DNA of 64,000 nt from Massalongia carnosa (GCA_965645245.1 OZ287077.1:124001-188000), one strand, 5' to 3'; numbered from the stretch's first letter, positions 1-13,099 are shown. The notes: generated by a model from the letters alone, not told the origin. A program made the numbers and translations.

Positions 1-995
1 GCCATCAGGCCAAAATCTTCGACTTCGGTAGCCGCACGGGCGTATTCCGAGTCGCTTTCTTCAGATCGGGCATCATTCTCCTGGGTCAGTCGTGCTTCGT
101 CCGATTTCTTCGTTTTTCGGCCCCGACTCCCTGATGATTTCCCCCGCCTCTTACTATCATTGGTTTGATAAGCATTTTCATTTTTCCGCTTGTGCTCTCG
201 GCCCTCATCCGTTTTCAACCATTGAAAACAGTCCGTTTTTATGTGGCCAGCCTTATCACAATAGAAACATTTTCCAGTGAATTTTCGGCTAGATGAGGCC
301 TTATTAGCAATTTCCGGGGTGCTTATTTCATCTTTATTTCTTGATTCCACCTCCTTATACTTTTCTATAACCATGGTCATGGTTATTTCTCCTTTGTCTT
401 CCAACAGGGCCCTAGCCATGGCGTACGGGGTCCCGTCAATTGAATCCATCAATATTCGAGCTAGAAGAAACTCCGACGGTTCCTCCCCGGGTCGAATTTC
501 GGCCATTACAGCAGCAATGGTTCGTAGCTCCGAAGCTATTTGCTCAACGGAGTCTGATGGGCCGGCTTTGTAACCACAAAGCCGTCTAGAAAGAGGTATA
601 AGGCGTGTCAGTCCGATATCCCTATGAATACGATTTAGTGTCTCCCACTGATCGTTGGCTGTGTCCAATCGGATGATGTGTTGAAGCTGTCTGTCATCTA
701 CGGCCGTCATGATTTATGTCATGGCCGTAGCATTGTTAAATTCCCATGCTTCCAGATCACTAGGCCGAGTCTCGTCCGGGCATACTATTCGTCCAATGAC
801 GATGCTCCAGAGCTTTTTACCTATCAGGTTATTCTTCATTATCTTACTCCATGTACGATAATTTTCCTCGGTTAGTTTGGGAACTTTAACATCCCTTACC
901 CCTGCTCCGGACGTGATCCGACCGTCGGCCCCATCTGATCTATCCTTGACCACGATTTCGGGGCCGGGCGTTTGTTGAGGGGTGGATGAAGACAT
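1..995 (-). pseudogene. gag: copia gag, frameshifted
   Basis: ORF 714-995 plus further fragments in other frames, including the zinc knuckle. Confidence 0.7.
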
Positions 996-1036
996 TTCGA
1001 GTCGATTTTCAGACTGTTTTTCCTATTGGCTGACCG

Positions 1037-1047
1037 GGCTCATAACC
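1037..1047 (-). promoter_or_regulatory. primer-binding site GGTTATGAGCC (half initiator tRNA-Met type)
   Basis: + strand ggctcataacc directly abuts the LTR end. Confidence 0.8.
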
Positions 1048-1293
1048 TGTTGCGGAGGCTACGGATTATAGGGGTGGAAGTAGGAAACAACAGCAAAAAG
1101 TACGTGCGATGATCAAGCTGATCCAATGGCAGGCTACTAATGATTGATTGAAAATGACTGAGGCTATCTATGGGGGCATATAGCCCATTATATACCGCTG
1201 CCTGCCTTGAGCACGATTCTCCCACTTTCTATGTGATCGGTCAGTCAAATGCTGATATGTAAGCTCGTCTTTGTCGGAGTTCCAAAGCTGACA
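1048..1293 (-). repeat. 5' LTR of copia G
   Basis: tgt...aca termini, adjacent to the PBS. The distal boundary is inferred from ctgaca at 1288-1293. Confidence 0.65.
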
Positions 1294-1870
1294 TATTTGC
1301 CTCATTATCAATCCACTGTAGAATGTTCGAATGTCTCCTAGAATATCAGACGCGGGATGTTGATGATAAATCCCAAGGTGGCCAATCCAAATACTTCCAA
1401 TAGCTAGTGCGCATTGGGGTTAGTGCCATTTTCTATAAGCAGACATCTCGGCTATCCTCAACAGAAATATCACACGGTACAAATCGAGATGGGTGATGAA
1501 AGTCTATCTCCAGCAGTACGGAGTAGATTTCGAACAGACCTATGCCTCCGTAGTGAAACTAATGGCCTTCCGATTATTGTTTGCCATAGCAGCTCATCAT
1601 GACTTGGACATCGAACAGCTTGATGTCGTCACAGCATTCTTGTATGGGGTAATAGATCAATTGATTTACGTCCAAATGCCCAAAGGATATGTAAAAGCGG
1701 GCATGATCTGCAAACTGAACAAGACTCTCTATGAACTGAAACAATCTCCACGCCTAGGGTATGAAAGGCTATCCGAATTTCTACTTACCAAGCTGGGTCT
1801 GTCCAAACTTCACGCAGATCATAGTATCTTCTCCTCTTCGGCAGGAATAAGAAGTCCAATTGTTACCTCC

Positions 1871-1989
1871 TGTTAAATAAACAGTTGACGGCATAATTTT
1901 GAAATTACTACGGAGGTGACTGCTTATAGCAGTCATGGCAGCCTGCAGGGCTGAGCTAGAACTAATGGGGCTAAGCGAGTATTCCAACA
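1871..1989. repeat. solo LTR, 119 bp, TSD CCTCC
   Basis: tgtt...aaca flanked by cctcc at 1866-1870 and 1990-1994; removal restores IVTSFVDDL. Confidence 0.85.
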
Positions 1990-2674
1990 CCTCCTTCGTT
2001 GATGATCTAAACATCATAGGTCCAAATGGATCTCCTATGATATCTGAAGTAATGAAACAACTGAACATTGCGTTCAAGATGGTGGACATGGGCTCAATCA
2101 GTCATTATCTAGGCCTAAAGGTAGAACGAAATCGCGATAACAGAACAATCAAACTATCTCAATCTACCTACATCGAAAAGGTCCTGGAGAAGTTTCATAT
2201 GCAGAACGCGAAAACTACCACCACCCCAATGAAAGAAGGCAGTCTATTCAGAAATGAATCCCAGGCCTATAAATCAGACATTAAACATTATCAAGCAATC
2301 GTCGGCTCCATCATGTTTGCTGTGATAGAAACAAGGCCTGACATTGCCTACGCAACCTCAGTGGTCAGCCGACATGCCAAAAATCCTGGCAAATCACACA
2401 TGGAGGCAGCCAACCAGATTCTCAGATATCTCAGTGCAACTAGAGACAGAGGCATTACCTTTGGTGGTGGAGATTTGTCTATACAGGGCTATTCCGATTC
2501 TGATTGGGCCGGTGACAAGGAAGACCGCAAGTCCACCTCCGGATACGTCTTCATGCTGAACAATGGACCAATCAGTTGGGCCTCAAAAGACAGAAAACCG
2601 TTGCCCTCTCATCCACAGAAGCCGAATATATGGCATTCACCTTAGCTGCTAAGGAGACCATATGGATACGCTTA

Positions 2675-3005
2675 TGTCGATATTAATAGACCGTGGTTCA
2701 AGCCAATTCCCGAAGTAAGATGTTGAAGGAAAAGCACGTGATTTCGGACTAATAACCGAGGCCTCGATCTTTAAGATGCTATTTCTTTCTATGCCATATA
2801 TCTGATTTCTAATACTCAATGATTTCAAAGCATTGTACCTCGTATGGGTTCCGGATTACTAATGATTTATTAGTAAATAGAAGTGGCTGGAAGATATCTA
2901 GATTAGGAAAGAATGTAGCGAAATGGTCTATATAGCTAGCTAGAATTTCCAGTTTAGATAGACAAGGAGAACATCATTTTCCAGATTAATAAGAACGGTC
3001 CGACA
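2675..3005. repeat. solo LTR, 331 bp, TSD GCTTA
   Basis: tgtcg...cgaca flanked by gctta at 2670-2674 and 3006-3010; removal restores WIRLLMTEL. Confidence 0.9.
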
Positions 3006-3384
3006 GCTTATTGATGACAGAACTCGGCCTGATGCAGGATGATGCTACTCCGACAGTGAATGTACTTGAAAGGGAAGGCGCTATAGCATTGAAAGGTGAT
3101 AAACAGAGTGCTATAGCACTGGCCAATAATCCCGTCTTACATTCAAGGACTAAGCACATCGATATTCAGCATCACTTCATACGGAATGAGGTCACAGAGG
3201 GTCGAATAGAGCTTACCTATGTTTCAACAGAACGCATGGTAGCGGACGGACTGACCAAACCGCTTACCTACGTCAAATTCTTCTCCTTCATCAGACAACT
3301 TCACATGAATTCATCTAGTTGAGTTCACACCCCGCGGCGCGGTTTTGATCATCAGAACAAGTACTGGCAGAACTTGAGGGAGGG

Positions 3385-3620
3385 TGTTGAATGTTCAACT
3401 TCTACCAACATTGCCTAGCCGATAGATTAGATAAGATCTAATCTAATCTAATCGCATAGAGGCTCGGATAAACTATTATCATCTCGCTTAGCAGAGGTGA
3501 CCAACATAAAAGGAACAGATTGCTCTGCACTCCGTAGCAACTCTGCATCCTTAACATCATAGTCATACAGGCCCCTATCTTTACATAGTCATATAGCCAT
3601 AGTCATAGACCTATTCAACA
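3385..3620 (+). repeat. 3' LTR of the copia remnant
   Basis: 8-bp terminal inverted repeat tgttgaat...attcaaca, directly after the PPT. Confidence 0.85.
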
Positions 3621-3775
3621 ATTTGTGATATTTGCAAAAGAAATATCATTATCTTTATATCTTTCATTGTATAATAAATCAAAATCTTCGTTGTTTAATC
3701 GAACAGTGGCGCATTTCTGATCAATATTATGATATCGTAAATCACGAATAGCGAGCGATTTGACACGTTCAATAT

Positions 3776-3955
3776 TGTAAGGAAGCTGTCGTCGATTCTA
3801 ATCAACCGCTATTAAACCAAAATTTATCTACAAAGAAGAAAAGAATCATTGTGCGCGACTCGCTAGGAATATCTGCACCGAGTGTCGCGCTAGCCTCGCG
3901 TGCTCCCGTGATCCCCCTTTCCATCTCAGCCTTATATCAGGCTAGGATCCTGACA
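3776..3955 (-). repeat. 3' LTR of gypsy A (180 bp)
   Basis: tgtaagg...cctgaca, followed by cttttccccccttct (PPT on the - strand). Confidence 0.85.
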
Positions 3956-4014
3956 CTTTTCCCCCCTTCTATTGGCGAGGTCTCCGAAGCGCTAAGTGGC
4001 AGGTGCCCTGCCAG

Positions 4015-7000
4015 CTAGCCAGATTCATGATTATCGTCTATTTTTGATAGATCATCTGATGGTTTAGGTTTCTGTGGATGTTCTCGATGGTATTGGAAGA
4101 TTTTGTCCTTTGAATTCTTAAAGTCGGTCCATGGTTGCCAGTAAGGGTTCGCGTTCCATTCATCCCAATTTCCAATGAAGGTTGCTTTGTACTGCACGCC
4201 GAAATTTCTTGTTTCGCGGCAGTCAATTATTTCGAGGACTTCTCATTCTTCGTGGGCCTCCTCTTCATCGTTTTCGGTTATGGCTATGGGCGGTCCAGGC
4301 GGTAAGACTTGTCCTAGGAATGGGTTGGAAGGTGCGAGATGTAGCTTCCACGGATGAAAAATGGGAGTAAGCCCGACGTTCTTTAACTGATCCGGGATCT
4401 CTAATTCGTATGCTTTATTGTTGATAATTCTTATTATCTTCCATGGTCCTACGTTCTTGAAGCTTAATGATCTGCTGGGTCTTTCTGAAGCAAAGTGCTT
4501 GGCGTTTACATAAACCATGTCCCCGATTTTGTATTCGGGGTGAGGTTGACGGCCTTTGTTTGCGTGTCATGTTTGTTCTTCCTGAGCCCAGGCTAATTGA
4601 TCTCGGAGCCAGGTTCGCATGGCTTCTTGCCGTTCTATGATTTTGTCAGCATGCAGTATCTCTGCTTTTCCTTTTCCTTCGTATGTGCCTGGTGGTTCGA
4701 TGCCACAGCGTGGGTGAAAGCCATGGTCTGCGAAGAATGGAGTCATTCCCGTTGATACGTTTACATGATTTTTGGCGGCAAACTCGGCGTCCGAGAGATA
4801 GTCCACCCAATTGTCTTGTGTATAACTTACGTATGCTCGAAGGTAGTTCTTCATTACCTTGTTGGCGTTTTCGGTTTGACCGTCTGTTTCGGGGTGATTT
4901 GCGGAAGAGAACTTTATTTTAACACCGTATCTTTCGCAAACTCTTTTCCAAAGGTGAGCGGTTAGTTGACTACCGCGATCGTTGACTGTTGATATAGGAA
5001 ATCCGTAGGAGGAGAATAATCTTCTGGACATTGCGTCCGTCAGTTCGTCAGTGGAGAGAGTGGTTAGTGGTTCGTATAATCGTCTTTTCGTTAAACGATC
5101 TACTATCACTAATATGTGTTGATAGACTCTGTTTCGTCTTCGGCATTCTGGTAAAAATTTAACGAAGTCCAACGATACGTCCATCCATTTTCTGTTCGGG
5201 ATCGGAAAGGGTTCAAGAAACCTTGCTTTTTGTCGATGTATGCTTTTGATCTTCGACATACGGAACAGTTCACTGCATATCACTTGCAATTCTCTCTCAT
5301 TTCGAACCAGAAGTAATTTTCTCTTATTATTTGATACATACTCTTATATCCTGGATGGCCCTGTAATAGTGGTTCGTCGTGCTTTTGCAGTAAATGTAGC
5401 TGCAGTGTCTCGTGATTTGGTATGTATAGTCTTCCTTTGACATACAACTTGTCGTATTCTATTTTGAGGTCCCCCATTGCTAAATTTAGTCCTCTTTTGA
5501 TGAGGTTCAATGGGAGTTTTCTCAGTTCCTTTTCTTTGCCACTATTATGTCTTGTACCGTTTCATCCCTTTCGTAAGCTTCTTCGATTAGTTCCTTCAAA
5601 GTCTTCGTTATCGGGTTCTCGGTCTCATCGGTCCCTGATATATGTTCTGCATTAGGTTCTTCTGATTCCGTTGCGTCTTCCTCAGTGATTTCGCTTCGAT
5701 CGTCTTGATCGTTTTCGTGATCGTCGTCGCCTGCTGTGTTCGCGGAGAACACAACTATTAACGCTTTACGTATATCGTCATCTAATTGATGCTCCTGCAA
5801 CAACGTTTGAAATTGATGCTGTTCTCTAATATCCTCGAATCCCTTCGGAAGATCTTGAGAGCGTCGGGTCAGCGTGTCCGGTTTCTCTCCTTGCTTCCCC
5901 GGTCGATACATTATCTTGAAATTAAATTCGGAGAGAAATTCGGCCCATCTAGCTTGTCTTCTGTTCAGCTGCTTCGTGGTCATGAAATGCTCTAAGTTCT
6001 TGTGATCGGTGTATACTTTGACAGGTTTATCAGGAGCAGCACTTGCAACCTCGGGGCGCCAGACTTCGAAGCACTTTACAATAGCGAGGAGTTCCTTATC
6101 ATAAAGCATATAGTTACACTCGGCAGGGGTCATCTTCTTGGAAAAAAATAGGCTACCGGTTTCAGTACTCCACCGTGCATTTGAGAGAGTACTCCGGCGC
6201 TGACGAAATCTGAAGAGTCAGTCTCGACCCATGTTTTCAGGGCCGGATCGTAATGTGCTAAGACGGGAACGGTGGTGAACGCAATTTTTAAATCTTCGAA
6301 GGCCTTTTGACAATGTTCAGACCAGACGAACGAATTATACTTGGTTCATTTCTGTCCTGATTTCGTCGTTATTTGCTCGGCCTTTGTTAACTCTAACGAT
6401 CTCGTCCGTTGCGAAAATCTCGATATAAATCGTAGATTAAAATTCGCAAAGCCTAAAAATGCTTGCACGTCTTTTACGGAGTCTGGGGTCTCCCATTTCA
6501 GAATCGCCTCGACTTTCTCCGAGTCCATTTTTATTCCATCGGTGGTGAACATCAATCCAAGAAACTTTACCTCCGTCACAGAGAATTCGCACTTGTCTAT
6601 GTCCACTTGCAGTCCTTTCTCTTTCAATTGAGTTAGGACTTTTTAGCACTTGTTCGGAATGCTCTTCTTCGTTTTCGCTGTAAATTAGGACGTCGTCCAA
6701 ATACGCCGTGCAGAAAACGTCTAATTATTTTCTGACTGTGTCGTTGATGAAACTTTGAAAAGTTCCTGGAGCGTTGCAAAGGCCGAATGGCATCACCAGA
6801 TATTCGACTAACCATCTCTAGTATTGAAAGCCGTGAGCCATGCGTGACCTTCTTTCATTCTCATACGATTGAACGCGGTAATCACATCGAGTTTCGTAAA
6901 CTTCTTGGCCTGTAATAGTTTTCCCAATGTTTCATTTATCAACGGTATTGGATATCTGTTCTTGATCGTGATGGAGTTCAAGGCTCTATAATCCATGCAG

Positions 7001-8022
7001 AATCTTAGACCACCCCCTGGTTTTCTAACTAGAAGAACGGGGGCTGCTGCGCTTGAAGAACTAGGACGGATGAAGCCCTTTCCCAGATGCCCGTCAATGT
7101 ATTTCTTAACCGCTTCCAATTCTTGTTCTGACATGGGTTTATAGTTCCTTACGTACGGAGCTTCTTTTCCTGCCTCGAGGTTTATCTGATGATCTTCCTT
7201 CCGATGTTCAGGCAGTTCATCTGCCTTGTGCTTCATGGAAACATCTATTACGCTGTGATAAGCTGCTGGCACTCTCTTCAACAACTCCTCTGGGGTGTAT
7301 TCCGGTTTTCCCTTCATGAACTTGTCGTAATCTCCTGATGTCACTACTCCGGTGGTAGTTGCGCAGAAGGCCTTCTTTGTTTCTCGAGGAATCCATAGAT
7401 AGCCGTCGTGATCCTTCTTTCCGGCCATTCGAAAGAACTTCGATGTCTTCCTTAGGCTCGATCCTATTCTTAACCTTGCTTCCCACAGCGAATTTGATAT
7501 AAATTATCCCTCGTATAAGACATCCTTTTTCAAGACAATCTGATGAGTTGAACTTCATCGTTCTCTCTTTCCAATTGATCATTGGGTTGTGCGTTTGCAG
7601 CCATCCATCCCCTAAAATGACTGCATACGCTTCTAGTTTTGCCAAATAACATAAGACTTGCTCTTCGTGATCTCCCATTTTCACGTCGATCAAGCGGCCT
7701 TCGAGAGGAGCTGTACCACCTCTCCATTTCTCAAAGTAAGTTTCACCTTCTTATCCAGTTTGAAGGTGTTCAATTTGTGTTTACGCACAAAGGATTCGTC
7801 AATGAGTTCAGCTTCACTTCCATTATCGATAAGTAAACGGGTTTTAATTCCAGCTATGCTAGTCTTAAAAACTAAATGCTTGCCCTCGATTTTCTTTTCA
7901 GTATCGCGGACAGCACAAGTAGATACCCTAACCATTTTCGTTTCAGTGTCACCGTTCCCATTAACAACCTCCTTGTTTGTACGCCCTTGATCGTGATTTC
8001 GATCAAGGACTAGGCTTTTCCC
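4015..8022 (-). pseudogene. pol: gypsy A pol (protease, RT, RNase H, integrase, chromodomain), multiple frameshifts
   Basis: LIDNGSE protease; RFCMDYRALN and [17 protein letters not shown] RNase H; HPETDGQTE integrase; chromodomain ...QYKATFIGNWDEWNANPYWQP. Confidence 0.9.
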
Positions 8023-9043
8023 GCCTTAGATTCCGCTCCCGAATCTATTTCTACTGTGCTCATAGTGCTCAAGTTCTTGTCCATTTATTGAGGACAAATG
8101 GTATCCTTTCCTCGATGTCCTGATCCCCTGCATGCCCAGCATCGGCGTTGACAGGAGAGGGACTCGCGCTCGTCATCCTTCAGCTTCCTTGGGTTTGGGT
8201 CTGGATCATGCCAGATGCCTACTCAACTGGCCGGTTTGACTATCGTCGGCATCAGCTTCGCATTCGGCCGATCATCAGATTTCGAGCTGGTTTGATTTAT
8301 GGAGGATGAGGCGGACTTTCCGCCGGAGGACTGGTTTGAGGATTGTCCGCCGGAGAAGTTGCTTCGTTGGCTGGGGTTCTTCGTTGCAGCTGGTTTATCG
8401 GGACGAGGAAAGTGGTGCGCCACATCTTTGCGGCGGTCTTCGATTCTTCGTGCTTCGTCAAGTAAAGGGCAGAAATCAATAAAGACTGAACCCATAAGAG
8501 ATCTGGAGATGCTAGGCATTAACGTTACGAGGAACTTCTCAATTCGCTGTTCAACGGGAGTTTTGGCTTTCTGCCATAGCTTGAAGATTCGGTGATAATA
8601 CTCGCTGACGCTTTCGCCCCCTTTCATGATGACGGTGAGGAGCTCTTTCTTGGCGTCGCGGCTCTGAAGGTGAATGCCCATGTAATGCTCTATCTCTTCG
8701 ACCAAAGCGTCGGCCGATAGTGAGTCTCCTATATCCGCTACCCAAGAGTGCATAGCCCCGAAGATCGGCGCTTCCATTGGAGACAGCGCGTAACCGACCT
8801 TTTCGCTCTCATTGGCGTAGAGAGGTGCGTCTGTCTTCGGTTTTTTGCGGACGGAGTACGCCCAAGGGCTATACTCCTCCGAGTCCTCACCTTTCAGTGG
8901 CTTGCTAGGATTTATACCATGGGGTCGCCAATTCTGGGGATTGGCGTTGGTCCTTTGAGTAGTAACGGTATCTTCTCGTTGATGAGGTGGTGTTTCCCGT
9001 GTTTCCGCTAACTGGCGAATCAGGGAGTCTCTGTCTTTCTGTA

Positions 9044-10380
9044 CAGTACTAGGCCAAAAGCCTGCGGCCCCGCACCACACCAACATTTCAATCATTCTAT
9101 TCAATCAACAATCAACCACGTCACGATTGCTGAAATGTCTTGAAACTTTACATAATGATTACATACATACTAAACAAGAATTCCCCCAAAAATTGAATTT
9201 TGATATTTAGTATACCATCCTTCCGACGCTATACACGCTTTTATCCTTCTATTCATGCTCTCTATTAACCTCCTCATCATTTTTACATCTATCAATGTCC
9301 AGGCTTCTTCTAACGCTTTCCAAAGTACCTCACGAACAGTTTCATCACTGCCGATCACCAAATCTATGTTCGGGTTGACTTGATAGACGAGCTTTTTTGA
9401 GCACATACCAAATATGCTCGATGGGATTTAAATCAGGTGAATAGGGGGGCCAATCGATGACCTCTATACCGTTCTCATTGAACCATTCCATCACCTTTTT
9501 AGCCTTATGTATAGGTGCGTTATCCTGCATGAAATGAGGCCCGGTTGCCAAATTCCAAGCAGATTATCGTTCAATAATTCCATATATGAGTTCGCCGAGT
9601 ACCCCATCTTCTTCGCAGCAAAATCACGAGCCAATTTGTAAAGATCTGACCTGTCATCTCCCCAAAAAGCTGCCCAGACCATGACACTGACTCCTTTGCC
9701 TTTGGGGACAGGTTGTATTATCTCTTTATTCCATTTTTCTTTCGGCAATCTGAACACCCACTGACGCTGTTTTCCTGACCCCTTTTCCACCGAGCACTCA
9801 TCTGACTATATAACTCTTGACCACTGCTCAAAAGTCCACTCACGCCGCAGCAAGCACCAATCCAATCGTTTCTTGGCCACCTCAGGCGTCAATAAAGGTC
9901 GTTTTTTAGCCACCCAGTTGGTTAAACCATACAGTTTGAGTGCCCGATAAATAGTCGTACGACTGCAGCCGAGCCCCACTTCTAGTTTGATTTGTGCATA
10001 AGTGCTTCGTGGATTGATTCGTGCATGCTTGATGATATAACGTCGATCGCGTTCTGACAGCACTTCAGGCCGTCCAGAACGTGATTTAGACACGCCGTCG
10101 TTGCGAATTGAGTGCTTCTGAATGGTGCTCTGCACGGTCGATTTAGTGAAATTAAGAGTCTTCCCAATCTCGGTCGGTGTGTGCCCCAACGCCTGGGCCC
10201 CAACAATCATACCACGTTGATATGGCGTCAATTCAGTGTTACGAGGCCGATTACCACTTATGGGGGTCAAAGAAGCACGAAGCATGGTGAAATGATGAGG
10301 TGGAAGATGGGGGTTGATGAGTTGAAAACGCGAAATCACGAAAATTACGGGTTGGGCCGCAGACTTTTGGCACGGGACTG
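9044..10380 (-). mobile_element. Tc1/mariner (Impala-like) DNA transposon, 1337 bp, TA TSD
   Basis: Imperfect 27-bp TIRs (cagtactaggccaaaagcctgcggccc vs cagtcccgtgccaaaagtctgcggccc), flanked by TA at 9042-9043 and 10381-10382. Confidence 0.92.
9170..10285 (-). pseudogene. Tc1 DD34E transposase (one stop, about two frameshifts)
   Basis: HTH N-terminus, GRP motif, I*SDE, FMQDNAPIH, WPPYSPDLNPIEH. Confidence 0.9.
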
Positions 10381-11208
10381 TAATCTCTCTTTTGCTATAG
10401 TCATTGCCTTCAATTCGATATCTCTATGCGATAGTTCTTCTTGTGCGAGAAGGGTCTCTCGTTAGGCATCGTCTTTTTCCGCGATGAGACGTTCATGTAC
10501 TTGTTTGTAACGTCTGTTAATCTTTTTGGCCTCGGAAAGCATCTTCAGGTCGCCCTGCATGGAGATGTATTTGTTAAATAGAGTCTTATCGTATTCGAGC
10601 GCTCTCGCGAGGAAGTCATACCATCGTGGTCCTTCTTTCTCGTCTCGCAAGATGCTCTGCAATTCCTTCAAATTGAGTGCTGCAATGTGGGACGGATGCT
10701 CTGCAGCATCCTTCTCGTAATATGGGTGATCGGAGACATCGATCTTCTGGAAAAACTCTTTTTCTTTTTCACGTCCTGCTCTTGGGGTTTTTCCCAACGT
10801 CCCTTCCGTGGTTTCTTTAATCTATTCGTTCTGAGGTTATTCGGAGTCTTCAAACGTTCCCGGCATGCTGCTATCCGAGCGAGACGAATGACGGGAGGCA
10901 GAAAGAGCGCGGGTGTTAAATGCTGGGCCAGGCTGGGCCTCTGCGGAAGGGGCTACGGCCTTTCTCGCCGTCATGGGCGTTTTTGAGCTCATGACTGGAT
11001 TCTGGAAGTGGGAAAGCTTGATTCTCTGATTTTAAAATTCTGGAAGTTCTGGAATTTGGATCGGTTTGGATTCGCACAAACGATCAGTCTGGAAGGTTAC
11101 TGGAACGAGTTTTTACTCTATCTGGAAGAAAGTAGCTGGAACGGGACCTCGTCCCTACTGGAAGTTCTGGAAGAAAGAATACTAATAGATAGGTAGATAA
11201 ATTGTGTA

Positions 11209-12816
11209 ACGTATTTTATCACCGGATGAACTTTATCACTGGATGAACACACCTCCAGAAATGGTAATTACGACCTAAAACTAGAATATCTCAATGAAAA
11301 ATAAATATAAAGCTATAAAAATCATATGAAAGGGTAAATATCATTGTACGAACACGATACAGCTATTTTCTACTCCTTAAACTTAGAAGGAATCACTACA
11401 GTGCGCCCGCTACGAGCTACTCTCGTTTCGGGCAGTTTCGGCTCCATAGGAGGTGGATCCTCCAGTTTTCGCTTTCTAGCTATAGTAGCTTGTTTCTTTT
11501 GATCCTTTTCTGACTGCTCTTCAGCCTATGCTGCTTATTAAGCTACTTCTACTTCGTACGAGCTTCTTTTTCGCGCTGCTTCTGCTCCAGCTTTTCAGCC
11601 CGAGTTTTCTGCCTAGTTTCGCGCCGTTCCTGAGCTTCCTGAGCTTTGCGCTCCCTCTCAGCAGGCCGATTTTGACGCTCTACTTCCTTTTCAAGCTTCT
11701 CCTGTTCTTTCTGAGCCTCGAGCTCCTCTTCACGGGTCCGAACCGCAGCAATTTTAGCCAGAGAAAAGAACATAGCCTGACCGGGCTCATCTTTGACAAA
11801 TAGGCCCATCGGTTTCCCCCTTTTCCGGCGTTTTTTTTCGTCTACTAGTGCTGTACGAAGCCCAACAATCTCGTGTTCTAGTATATCATTTTTAATTGCT
11901 AGTTTCTCGCTTGCTCGAATCACCAAATCCAGTCCTGCAGCTATGTCGGTCGTTTCGGATCGAGTCGCTTTGACTGCTCTTCGTACACCTCGTACGGAGC
12001 CCGGAGTCTTTTTCTTAGATTCGCTATCTCTTTGAATTGGTGATGGAGTCTTCCTTTTGAGCTGGTTTATAACCTTTTCGGGGCATAGTGGGTAAACCGC
12101 AGTGGCAGCGAAAGCTGAGCGTATATTTTCAAAGCTTAAGGCTGTTTTCCATGCCGTACGGAACATAGACCAAAAGCTACGCTTATTAACTCGAGAGAAG
12201 CCCTGGCTCGACTGGATCAAATGGTCAATTTGGTTCGAATAGGCGGTAGAGAGCGGTGAGAAGATTCCAACATCCAGGGGCTGTAACCGATGTGTAGAAT
12301 GCGGGGGCAAAATAGCTAGAATAATCCCATGATTATCGCATAAATCGATAAACTTCATGTTTACATGGCTCGAATGACCATCCATAATTAATAGGCGCCT
12401 AGCGTTACCTGCCTTTTTGCGCGTAATCGGTTCGAAAAGCTTTGAAAGCCAGGAAAGCCCCAGTTCTTCATTGGTCCGGCCCTTTTTGGATACAGCAAAG
12501 TAAGCTTCATCTGATGAGCAGTCATAATCTTCGAGCCAGGTATCTTGTAGATCGTACGAATCCCCCTAATAGATTAAATCTAGTGTTAGAGCGCTACCGT
12601 CGGCGCAAATCATAGCCAAAAGGGAGATGAAGTCGCGAGATCCGTCCTGACTCGAACCGGGCGTCTTTTTGCTTCGAAGGTAATCAATCGATACGATACG
12701 CTTCATAGTACGACATATACACATTAGGAAGCCTTTTTCATCGAAGTTGTATATGTTCGAGGGCTTGATGTGGTATTTTTCGATCTTCTCCTGGAGCTAG
12801 GGGGTCTAGGGTCAGT
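11209..12816 (-). mobile_element. Fot1/pogo-like DNA transposon, 3' part
   Basis: The end begins TA|ACGT with two direct tttatcac(c/t)ggatgaac motifs; transposase motifs YNFDEKGF, MDGHSSH, QPLDVG. The second end was not found. Confidence 0.85.
11549..12797 (-). pseudogene. pogo/Fot1 DDD transposase exon (internal stop)
   Basis: ORF 11549-12385 extends upstream to LQEKIEKYHIKPSNIYNFDEKGF, preceded by a possible intron acceptor (ctgac...tag). Confidence 0.85.
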
Positions 12817-13099
12817 TCAGCGGCATAAGCATAGGTTATAGGGAAAACGCACCAGCTTGCTGGGGGCTAGTGAAGTTGTCACCGTGACGGACGGCACCAG
12901 GCGTGTAAGCGGGATAGGGCCTGACGCTAGCAGGGAGGTGAAAAACTCTTCACCTCCTCCATCCCCCCATCTCTTCTCTCTTTCCTCATCAACACTCATC
13001 AAAAATCGTGTTTCGCTGTTTCTATACACGCACACTCACACACACGCAAACATATTATTCATATTCTATTCACATCAAGAACACACGCAGTCAAAGCGG

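Larger units (their letters stand above)
1..1293 (-). mobile_element. Ty1/copia LTR retrotransposon G, 5' portion (truncated by window start)
   Basis: On the - strand: TGTCAG...AACA LTR, then GGTTATGAGCC PBS, then a gag-like frame (KLTEENYRTWSKIMKNNLIGKKLW, copia gag N-terminus) and a decayed knuckle CFYCDKAGH near 240-270. Confidence 0.8.
1477..3322 (+). pseudogene. pol: copia pol (RT + RNase H), interrupted by two solo LTRs and a frameshift
   Basis: ORFs 1493-1876, 1935-2645 and 3011-3322 join up once the insertions are removed. Confidence 0.9.
1440..3620 (+). mobile_element. Ty1/copia remnant: RT-RNase H plus 3' LTR
   Basis: Motifs YKSRW..QQYGVDFEQTY, QLDVVTAFLYG, LKQSPR, FVDD, GYSDSDWAG, RTKHIDIQHHF; PPT gagggaggg before the LTR. 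Confidence 0.9.
8010..10992 (-). pseudogene. gag: gypsy A gag, with stops and a Tc1 insertion
   Basis: ATG at 10992 gives MSSKTP...GPAFNTRA, matching E gag GPAFNTRA; the frame is continuous across the Tc1 TA site; ends G GGA AAA GCC TAG. Confidence 0.85.
3776..11208 (-). mobile_element. Ty3/gypsy chromovirus A (decayed; relative of element E)
   Basis: 3' LTR 3776-3955 with PPT; gag, PR, RT, RH, IN and chromodomain fragments; PBS at 11193-11203; only 4 bp of the 5' LTR remain. Confidence 0.9.
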
